From: Wickerhamiella versatilis
Taxonomy: Eukaryota
DNA length: 64,000 bases
Direction: 5' to 3'
Assembly (NCBI GenBank): GCA_030867685.1
Contig: JAQOWU010000001.1
Coordinates: 434,001-498,000 of the forward strand
Shown: positions 20,049-29,626 of the stretch, piece after piece
Position numbering within the stretch: position 1 is the first letter of the stretch
Layout of the letters: each line of letters starts with the position of its first letter
The notes under the pieces: model-generated
What the model saw: the letters and a program-made list of their open reading frames with translations, nothing else
What the model was told of the DNA's origin: nothing
Database searches by the model: none
Program-made: the position numbers and the translations under genes

Positions 20049-20570
20049 ATGATAGGTTGGGTAGACGTTCACTATCATGATGACGGCACAGCCCGGGCAG
20101 CATGTGGCGTTGCATACAACTGGTCTGACGCCGAATTCGAGGCTGAATATGTAGTGGTTATTGATGCAGTAGAGCCCTATCAGCCAGGCCAGTTTTATCG
20201 CAGGGAGATGCCCTGTATTCTGGCCGTCTTAGAAAAAGTACAGGAGGCTATTCATATTCTCGTTATAGATGGCTTTGTTGTTCTTGGATCCACATACAGG
20301 CCGGGCTTGGGATGGCATTTAGCCCAAGCCACTCACAACATTGCTGTTATAGGTTTGGCGAAATCACCTTTCGCAGACACCCCTGAAGAATTACAGGTGT
20401 TCAGGGGAGGGAGTTCTAAGCCATTGTTTGTTAGTACTCATGGGATTTCTTTGGATATCGCCAAAAACGCCGTCGAATCGATGGCGGGCAGATTCCGGCT
20501 TCCCTCACTTGTTAAACGGGTGGATCAATTGTCGAAGGGAATTGTGCTCCCGAAGATGAGCCACCAATAA
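20049..20570 (+). CDS. nfi: Endonuclease V (deoxyinosine 3'-endonuclease), short bacterial type
   Basis: VDVHY, PYQPGQFYRREMP, IDG, GLG.HL, IGLAKS, RGGSSKPLFVS, RLP..VKRVD. Confidence 0.88.
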   Translation: MIGWVDVHYHDDGTARAACGVAYNWSDAEFEAEYVVVIDAVEPYQPGQFYRREMPCILAVLEKVQEAIHILVIDGFVVLGSTYRPGLGWHLAQATHNIAVIGLAKSPFADTPEELQVFRGGSSKPLFVSTHGISLDIAKNAVESMAGRFRLPSLVKRVDQLSKGIVLPKMSHQ

Positions 20571-20667
20571 AATTAGAATTCCTCGAAATAAGCCTTTCAT
20601 TTACTGACTTTATGAAGATATATTACAAGGGTTTATCGTTCGCGTCCTTATAATGCCTATTTTAAGA

Positions 20668-21180
20668 CTATATCACATTATTATACTTTTTAAATTTCGC
20701 GTATGCATCACTGTAATTTTCTTTCTGTGCACCTATGCCACCACAACGACGTACAAGTTCGCCCGTTGTAGTGTCACGAGTAATGTCTTCGACCCCAAGT
20801 TCAATCTGAAGCCACTGCCAAATCTCCCTGCTATTAGAATGTGATACCTCATCCCGTGCAGTGTACGCATCTACTCTAGGATCAGTAGCTGTTTTTGCAA
20901 ACTCGATATGATCTCGTGCATGCTGGCTAAGTGCTGCTATATCAGTGGTTGGTCTTTCGTCTGAAGAAGCCTTCAAACCAGCTACTGTGGCACAATAGCC
21001 TAATAGTGAATCACGGCGGCTCCACTCACTATAGAGCTCCCTGATAAACTTGTCACAAGTAACTTGACCCAAACGATTCCGAACATTATCATCATAACTA
21101 TGCCGGCTTACGCTTAAAAAACGTCTGATGGCGCTAGCGTCTGCGCACAGATCTGGGGTTTTCAGCGATTCGGGGTCCAT
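20668..21180 (-). CDS. MIX23: Mitochondrial intermembrane-space protein Mix23 (Cid2 family)
   Basis: LC....IRRFLSVSR..DD.V..RL, W..RD..L.YC, DPRVDAY, E.GVE.I...T......RC. Confidence 0.82.
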   Translation of the reverse strand: MDPESLKTPDLCADASAIRRFLSVSRHSYDDNVRNRLGQVTCDKFIRELYSEWSRRDSLLGYCATVAGLKASSDERPTTDIAALSQHARDHIEFAKTATDPRVDAYTARDEVSHSNSREIWQWLQIELGVEDITRDTTTGELVRRCGGIGAQKENYSDAYAKFKKYNNVI

Positions 21181-21355
21181 TTGTCAGACATTGTGATTCA
21201 CTTGGTTTTTGTAAAAATTAGCTATGGATTTAGCTATTCATGTCATCAGCAGTCGCTAACTCTAGATTACTATTGTTCATTTTTTTAGCGGCTCTAGAAA
21301 CATATCGAACTTCATTATTCGAACTTTTGCTGACCTAATAAAGACTTCATCCAGC

Positions 21356-22342
21356 ATGTCATTATCGCCACAGCAGCGGCTTGTATCCGACTTTGTAGGT
21401 TTTCTGCAAAAGAACTTGGAAGCTGGAGAGATTGCTGGAGATGAGCGGGAGTCCATAGAAGTAGCAATGGATTGTCTACGTGAAAGTTTCCGTGTGGCAG
21501 ATGTTCCATCGGAACGGGACCTTTTAAAGATTTATGAAGAGGCTCCTCCAGCAGAGACAGATGCTAAGTCGGATTCATCTGAGCCAACCACTGAAGTATC
21601 CGAGAAAGCAAAGGCCGAAGGTGATAAGCTCAAAGTCGAGGGTAATAAACTGATGGCACAGAAGAAGTACAGTGATGCTGTCAAATCATACACAGAGGCT
21701 ATTGAGAAGAATCCCTACAATGCACTTTACTATTCCAACCGAGCAGCAGCTCGTAGCCAGCTCGGTCAAGGAGATGAAGCCGTCGAGGATGCAAGGCAAG
21801 CGACCATTCTCGACCCGAGTTATAGCAAGGGCTGGTCACGACTAGGACTTGCGTTGTGGTCGACAGGAGACTTGCAGGGCAGTCTGGATGCGTATGCTCG
21901 TGGACTAGAAGCTGAAGGTCCGAATCCTAGCGAAGCTATGAAGCGTGATTTTGCAATGGTTAAACGGCGATACATGGAGGAGATAAAGAAGCGTGAAGAT
22001 GACGAATTATCAGACAGCGTACAAAATACCGAGGCCACTACTGAGGCGACTGGTACTAAGAGCCCCTGGGATGCTGGTTCAGAGCCAGAACCTAATGCAG
22101 CTGGAGGCGGCGGCGGGTTTCCAGGCTTAGGTGGTCTTGCCGACATGATGAAGAACCCTCAGCTGATGAAGATGGCCCAAAGTTTCATGTCGAATCCAGA
22201 GTCTATCAATCGACTGATGTCTTCTCCAGGTGCCCAGAAAGCCCGCGAGTCAATGGAGAAAGGCCAGATGCCTAGCATGGCAGATATAATGCAGGATCCT
22301 AACCTGATGGGTATGCTGCGAGGTTTCATGGGTGGACAATAG
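21356..22342 (+). CDS. SGT2: SGTA/Sgt2 TPR co-chaperone
   Basis: Dimerisation domain ESIEVAMDCL, three TPRs (LKVEGNKLM..YYSNRAAA..YSKGWSRLG), M/Q-rich STI1-like tail. Confidence 0.93.
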   Translation: MSLSPQQRLVSDFVGFLQKNLEAGEIAGDERESIEVAMDCLRESFRVADVPSERDLLKIYEEAPPAETDAKSDSSEPTTEVSEKAKAEGDKLKVEGNKLMAQKKYSDAVKSYTEAIEKNPYNALYYSNRAAARSQLGQGDEAVEDARQATILDPSYSKGWSRLGLALWSTGDLQGSLDAYARGLEAEGPNPSEAMKRDFAMVKRRYMEEIKKREDDELSDSVQNTEATTEATGTKSPWDAGSEPEPNAAGGGGGFPGLGGLADMMKNPQLMKMAQSFMSNPESINRLMSSPGAQKARESMEKGQMPSMADIMQDPNLMGMLRGFMGGQ

Positions 22343-22672
22343 AAAGATTTCCTAGGCATTGAGTAAGTATAATTAAGTACAATTCGGCAGCTAGCTAAGT
22401 AACTAATTAACCAACTAACCAACTTACCAACATCTCGTTGGGGTGTCGTATTGGTAAAACAACTGATATGATGAGACAAAGAGCAAAAAAGAGATCTATC
22501 AGCTGAAAGAAGTGCACCCGTCTTCTTTAATATAGACGTATAGGTAACTTTGGATAGGTCGTATTCTTTTTTCACACCTATGGAATTTTCTACGTTCCAA
22601 TCTTATAATAATATAGAGAATATAAGGAAACTTCAGAGCAACGCGAAAACTTTTAAGATCTTTGTTTTTAAA

Positions 22673-23995
<1,323 letters not shown>

Positions 23996-24063
23996 CTATT
24001 TGGTATTAATTCCTATCTTGATCTACATAGGTTTGTAGTTATATACGACTTAATTGTGCAAGA

Positions 24064-24110
24064 ACACGTGATAAATACTAATCGATTTAATGCATATATG
24101 TGTCACGTGA
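24064..24110. promoter_or_regulatory. Two Cbf1-type RTCACGTG sites upstream of MET17
   Basis: CACGTGAT at 24065-24072 and GTCACGTGA at 24102-24110. Confidence 0.7.
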
Positions 24111-24161
24111 ATGTCCACATTATGGGGAAAGGGAGAAGTTAATAAACAGCTTGGTTAGAGC

Positions 24162-26996
24162 TTAAACGATCATAGTTCTTTGGCTTCGAAGCTCGGAAAG
24201 TGATCTTTTGAGACGCTGTAGTGTATCCGTTTCTGTCCTTATACGACTCCATGAATAATTCCGTATAATGGATATTGTTTCTTCGGCCTGAAACGACGTG
24301 AAAGAAGATAATTCTGTGGCCAATGTAACGTGCGAATTTGCAATTTTACGTCCAATCCTCTTCACACGATGTAGTCCAGCTGCAACAGATTCTTCAGTTC
24401 GTGAGATGTCATGTTGTCTTTTTTCTTCGAAGACACCTAGCCATGGCCTTGCATCGGCAAGCTGATGTAACCGTTGACGGTATTGAGAAACTTCCCCTTC
24501 GGCTTCACCCAATTCGCGCACAAGCTGTAATGGCGTTTGTAGAGACACCAATAGAGACTCTGTAGAGGATTTGAGAGTCGATAGAAGCCATATAGATATT
24601 TCAGATTCAGGTGAAACTCCAAATTCCTTTAGTGCTATCTTTAGTAGTTTGGGAATGTTCGGATGTAACCCAGTGGCATCTAAAAACGACCATAGTTCAA
24701 TTTCAAGGTCCTGTGAACCCTTGAGTGCTCTGTGTACTCGTGCAAAGGTCCTCGTTAAATGGTTGAGACTCGTGACAACTGAGCTGACATTATCGCTGCT
24801 ATACGTGAAAAAAGTCACCAAAGAAGGTATGGAACCTCTTTCAATATGCGGCTCTGCAGTGTTTACAAAAGAGATGCCATCAGTCGGCTCGGCCAGAAAC
24901 TTCCTGTAAGATATAAACTCTCTTGAGCCATTCAAGGGAAAGCATCGCATGAACAAATCTAGTCTGAAAGAATAAGCGAGTCCTAATACGTAGTTCAATC
25001 CCCAAGGCAATTTGTCGGGTTGAACAAATCCACAGCCTAATACTGGAACGAACGTAGATGGTGACTCGCCTCGAACTAAGCGTCGTAAGTCATCGAAGTC
25101 ACTATATTTATGCAAAACCAAATTTGGACCCGCTAAAAATTCGTCGTTAACTCCAGGTAAAATTTGGGGAACTGCAAACTGGAGAGACGACTCATCCATG
25201 AGTCTTTGTCGACTCCATATAGTGCGACAGTAGTCTAAAGCCCGACGATGACTGTGATCCTCAAGCCATATATCAGTGTTCTTTTGTAGTAAGAGAGACA
25301 TGCATTCTAAGTTATCCTTTTCAAGTGCAATCATCAATGCAGTTTGCCCAACATTATTTCGCCAATTCACATCAATGTCGGGCAGCTTCAAAACTTCCCC
25401 AAGCATAGAAATATTATCACTCGAAATATGAATCAAGCTTGATCCATCCAAGGCAATATGATCATAAAAAGATCCACAATCATGAGAAAAAATCTTCTGG
25501 ACATCTAGTGATCGGCGGGCTGCACTCAGCACAGGTGTCTCTTCATTTCGGTCTTTAGCAGTCCAGTCGAAATAATTGCCTAAACGCTTCACTTCCTTAT
25601 CTGTAGTGGCATGTGCAGATGTCCGACCATCAAGACTTGGCTCACGCAAGTATTTCGAGAGAGTCTCTGGTGCGACAGTATCCATGAGCTTTTCAACTAT
25701 TATATCAATACATTCCCTGTTTCCTTTATCGAGGGCAGCAAGTAAAAGCGTTCTTCTGTTTGAATCTCGGTCACTAAGAACGTAGTTAGTATCAAGATGA
25801 TACTGTAGCAGGTATCTTAGCGCTAAAGGTTTATCAAGGGACTGGAACAATAAAGACTTACCCTGATAGCGTGCACGAAGTATACTTTGGTCGGTTGCAG
25901 CAGCAGCAGCTAAACTGGCCTCGTCAAACGGGTCTAGTGATTGCCGGGCATTACGGTTCCCCAGACACAGGCGGAGCAGGCGCTCATGCTCACTTCTAAG
26001 ATGCATAAGTACACTCTCAACAACAAGTAGTGCATATGCAAGTTTACCCGAAGATGATAGTACCCCGAAATGCGATACAAAAAAATGAGCAGGCTCGATC
26101 AACGGAGCTGCTTGACGTGCCCTTAGAAGAACCAGAACAAAGAGACCTAGCAGCGTATCTGCGGATACTGCTCCAAGTTCAGGGGATGCAAGAACTTCCA
26201 ATGTGCGTAAAAAGATTCCTCCTACTGCAGTTGGTGTTCTGGGACAGAGGGATAGTTTGTTAAGTTCCCCGGATGCGCGAGATATCGCTTGTTCATAAAG
26301 CCAATAATTATGAATCGGAGGTATATCTATTTGGCTCAGGTCTAGATCATAGAGCTGACTCTGAAGCTCCGATACTGGTGGAATTGCCCACTCGTATGAA
26401 ACTAGTTTCTCAAATACGTATGGGCCCATGTTTCTTTCAGCATTGCTGTAATCCTCCAGAATTAATGAGTGGTATTTACGAGCGAGATCATGGGCGTCTA
26501 CAGCTTGCTTCATGATATCTGGAAGAGGGTATTCGGGTTCGACCAGACTTTCTGTATTTTTACTAGTTGTTTGTACCGGCCGCGAGCGACCAAATATACC
26601 TGAGAAGCGTGAGGATGCGCCTTCCTGCAAGTGCAATAAATCATCCAGATGTGCAAGAAATATATGCATAGATCCTGTCAATAGTTCTGCATGTCGTATA
26701 TTAACTCGACGCGGGCTTGGAAAGCCTTTGGCAAGCTGGACGAAGTCATTATGTATTTCTACAAAATACCCAGACTGCATTGTAGCTCCAGTAAATTCGG
26801 CTACATGCGATAATAGATACGAATCCTGAAAGATCTTTTCAGAAGGAACCTGATTGAGTGCTCTCAAAGGGGGTAGGAAAATCACATAAATCCGATCAGC
26901 TAATACAATACGTTGTCTGGCAGCAGTCAAAGACTTGCTAGGAGAACAACTCTCTTCATTGAATAGCGCGTCGAGAATGGGATGCGCCCATCGCAT
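24162..26996 (-). CDS. VRL1: VPS9 + ankyrin-repeat + PX/BAR-like protein (UPF0507, Vrl1)
   Basis: VPS9 motif VSADTLLGLFVLVLLR...GKLAYAL; ankyrin repeats (GRTSAH, DVNWRNNVGQTAL); coiled-coil C-terminus. Confidence 0.75.
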   Translation of the reverse strand: MRWAHPILDALFNEESCSPSKSLTAARQRIVLADRIYVIFLPPLRALNQVPSEKIFQDSYLLSHVAEFTGATMQSGYFVEIHNDFVQLAKGFPSPRRVNIRHAELLTGSMHIFLAHLDDLLHLQEGASSRFSGIFGRSRPVQTTSKNTESLVEPEYPLPDIMKQAVDAHDLARKYHSLILEDYSNAERNMGPYVFEKLVSYEWAIPPVSELQSQLYDLDLSQIDIPPIHNYWLYEQAISRASGELNKLSLCPRTPTAVGGIFLRTLEVLASPELGAVSADTLLGLFVLVLLRARQAAPLIEPAHFFVSHFGVLSSSGKLAYALLVVESVLMHLRSEHERLLRLCLGNRNARQSLDPFDEASLAAAAATDQSILRARYQGKSLLFQSLDKPLALRYLLQYHLDTNYVLSDRDSNRRTLLLAALDKGNRECIDIIVEKLMDTVAPETLSKYLREPSLDGRTSAHATTDKEVKRLGNYFDWTAKDRNEETPVLSAARRSLDVQKIFSHDCGSFYDHIALDGSSLIHISSDNISMLGEVLKLPDIDVNWRNNVGQTALMIALEKDNLECMSLLLQKNTDIWLEDHSHRRALDYCRTIWSRQRLMDESSLQFAVPQILPGVNDEFLAGPNLVLHKYSDFDDLRRLVRGESPSTFVPVLGCGFVQPDKLPWGLNYVLGLAYSFRLDLFMRCFPLNGSREFISYRKFLAEPTDGISFVNTAEPHIERGSIPSLVTFFTYSSDNVSSVVTSLNHLTRTFARVHRALKGSQDLEIELWSFLDATGLHPNIPKLLKIALKEFGVSPESEISIWLLSTLKSSTESLLVSLQTPLQLVRELGEAEGEVSQYRQRLHQLADARPWLGVFEEKRQHDISRTEESVAAGLHRVKRIGRKIANSHVTLATELSSFTSFQAEETISIIRNYSWSRIRTETDTLQRLKRSLSELRSQRTMIV

Positions 26997-27226
26997 ACCT
27001 CACCGTCCTGCCTCGTAGTAAGCTTAACTCTCCCTCCACCCATTTCGAGATAAAAATAATACGTGATGGAGTGGCAATTGAGTGTTCCATTATAAGCCTC
27101 TTTTCAAACAGTATTCATTAAGTCAAAATTTAAACTACTCAGCTGATTATACGTTATTCATTTGGACCACTGCAACGTACTAGGTGGGACTGTTTGTAAG
27201 GTGTGACTACAAATATAAAGAAAAGT

Positions 27227-28003
27227 ATGGCACGGAGACGTGAGGAAAAGTGGCGGCCTCGAAGCGACTTTCCAGCAAAAATGGCAATGTGGGATTTCAA
27301 GCATTGTGACCCAAAACGATGCAGCGGCAAGAAACTTGAGCGATTGGGGCTTATTAGAAGTCTAAGAGTGGGCCAAAAATTTGGTGGAGTTGTGGTCTCG
27401 CCCAATGGAACAGATCCTGTATGTCCAAATGATAGAGAAATAGTTGAACACATTGGTGCAGCAGTAGTTGAATGCTCCTGGGCTAGGATTGATGAAATTC
27501 CGTTTGGCAAGATTGGCGGAAGACATTTGAGATTATTGCCATTTTTATACGCCGCAAATCCAGTGAATTATGGAAGGCCTTGGCGCCTTAATTGCGTGGA
27601 AGCATTGGCTGCTTGCTTCGCTATTGTTGGACATCGCGATTGGGCTCAAGAACTACTAGGGAAGTTCACATATGGCCACTCATTTTTGGAACTTAACGAG
27701 CCATTATTTGATATATATGAGCAATGCACAGACTTTGAAAGCATGAATGATGCCTCAGAAAAATTTTCCAAAGCCGTCGAAGCAGGTGAAGTAGTAGCGA
27801 ATTGGACAGGCCGCTCACTTCATGCAGCAGATGACGACAAGGACAATGATCCCTCGTCATCCTCAGAGGAGTCTGAAGATGAGCAAAATTCCGAGCCGGT
27901 TCTAGTAATTGGCTCGGGAGAAGTTGGCGAAATAGAAGCTGAATTTTCAAATTCAGAGTCGGAGCTAGATTCACTTCCGGCGAGTCCGCCTGCCTTATAT
28001 TAA
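27227..28003 (+). CDS. TSR3: 18S rRNA aminocarboxypropyltransferase
   Basis: MWDFKHCDPKRCSGKKL, ECSWA, RLLPFLYAANPVNYGRPWRLNCVEALAA. Confidence 0.96.
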   Translation: MARRREEKWRPRSDFPAKMAMWDFKHCDPKRCSGKKLERLGLIRSLRVGQKFGGVVVSPNGTDPVCPNDREIVEHIGAAVVECSWARIDEIPFGKIGGRHLRLLPFLYAANPVNYGRPWRLNCVEALAACFAIVGHRDWAQELLGKFTYGHSFLELNEPLFDIYEQCTDFESMNDASEKFSKAVEAGEVVANWTGRSLHAADDDKDNDPSSSSEESEDEQNSEPVLVIGSGEVGEIEAEFSNSESELDSLPASPPALY

Positions 28004-28093
28004 GTATTCAGTTGCTGTTTTTTAATGACACTTCAATTAATCTTTTCTAGCATTCACTAAATAATGCTACCTTGACTCACATATTTTGTCGCT

Positions 28094-29476
28094 TCAACCC
28101 TCGTTATCCTCTGTTGCGCGCTCTTCTTCCTCAGATGAAGAATCTTTTTCTAACTCCTTATCTTGACCAGTTACTTTTTTCGTATCTTGGGCTGGAGCCT
28201 CTGTGATTCCGAGCAGCCAATCAAGGAGATCAGGAGAACGATATGTGTCAAGAAACGTAAAAAATGCCCAAAACTCGTTCTCTGCGAGCTCTTGACTGTA
28301 TATGCGATCATAGATATACTTCTGCTTGAACTTTTCAATATCCTCCTCATAAGGGTCAAATTTTATAGCTTCACGACCAAGTCTCTCAAGTCTCTGGTTG
28401 TACGCGTCATACATGGGTCGTTCCAGGAGCAGTCCTAACGCTGGGGCCTTTGGAATACCTAAATCCACCGGACTTAAGAGGTCACCTACTTTACTTGCAG
28501 GTAGGTTACAGCGAACCACCAGCACGGCAAGAGCAATCATTTTACGAATTTGGTGAAGCATGAAACTTTGGCCATGTATTTTGATGGAGACCCACTCCGT
28601 GTTATTCACAAGAAATGGATCGCTCAAAGTTAGGGACTTCATTACTCGAATAGAGCTTTGTTCTTTGAATGATTTACCAATTGTGAAGTTATGAAAATTG
28701 TGTACGCCCTCAAATTGCTTCAGAGCCTCCCTTAGCTCTGTAATTCGTTCTGGCTGCACGCGGTAATTTCTACGTCCTTCAGATTCAATCTTCTTAGCAG
28801 TACGTTTTGCATTTGCATAGGGGGAGTCCAAATCATCGTCATTCTGCTCAGCTTGCATCTCAGCAAGAACTTCAGGACCAACACCAGCATCTATCAGTTT
28901 GGCATCCATTGCTTCCCAATATTTTTTCGACTCATTGTCTTCATTGTTAAGTTTTTTTCCTAAGTTGCTTTGAGGTCTTGGGCCAAGGAGGGTGTAAGTT
29001 GGTAATAGATACTCATATACTCGTGATCCACAGACCTTACGACATTCAAATGCCTTATTTGTACGAGAGAATCCCCAAACTCTGATTTGTTCTGGTAATT
29101 CTGCATTGATTTTGGCCACAATATCAGGGTCTTCAACAATGAGCTTGGCACTAATCACATTCCCCGCTGCGTGGACACCTTTATCTGTCCGTGCTGCCCG
29201 GATAAAACTGGATTTTCGAATATCATTTGCATTATCTGCGGAGACAGCACCAGCCTTCACAAAGGCATCGAAAAGGTCACCTTCAATTGTTTTGTGGGGT
29301 GGGTTTACTTGCATCCCGTGATAACCCGTTCCACAATAGCCAATCAATACGGCAACCTTTCTTTTAGGTTTTCGATCCGGGTTCGGGATATTCTGTACTC
29401 TTTTAGCAGGTGGTTCATTTTCACTCTCTTCTGCAGAATGTTTCCCCAAGGATCGCTTGTCTCTCACTGGTGCCAT
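28094..29476 (-). CDS. PUS1: tRNA pseudouridine synthase 1
   Basis: KRKVAVLIGYCGTGYHGMQ, RAARTDKGVHA, HNFHNFT, GQSFMLHQIRKM. Confidence 0.95.
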   Translation of the reverse strand: MAPVRDKRSLGKHSAEESENEPPAKRVQNIPNPDRKPKRKVAVLIGYCGTGYHGMQVNPPHKTIEGDLFDAFVKAGAVSADNANDIRKSSFIRAARTDKGVHAAGNVISAKLIVEDPDIVAKINAELPEQIRVWGFSRTNKAFECRKVCGSRVYEYLLPTYTLLGPRPQSNLGKKLNNEDNESKKYWEAMDAKLIDAGVGPEVLAEMQAEQNDDDLDSPYANAKRTAKKIESEGRRNYRVQPERITELREALKQFEGVHNFHNFTIGKSFKEQSSIRVMKSLTLSDPFLVNNTEWVSIKIHGQSFMLHQIRKMIALAVLVVRCNLPASKVGDLLSPVDLGIPKAPALGLLLERPMYDAYNQRLERLGREAIKFDPYEEDIEKFKQKYIYDRIYSQELAENEFWAFFTFLDTYRSPDLLDWLLGITEAPAQDTKKVTGQDKELEKDSSSEEEERATEDNEG

Positions 29477-29626
29477 TCTTCGTAAAAAGGTGCGTAGAAG
29501 ACAAAACTTAGTCATAAAAAGTCCATGTTGTATAGATTGACTTGAAATTGATAAATGCCTAATGTGCTACCAAAAAAATACTTCATATATTTCATGACTA
29601 CAAATAAAATAAAACGTTAAACTGAA

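Noticed and set aside
22399-22431. AACCAACT-type short tandem repeat between SGT2 and MET17
   Set aside because: Low-complexity 3' region sequence; not CRISPR-like or telomeric
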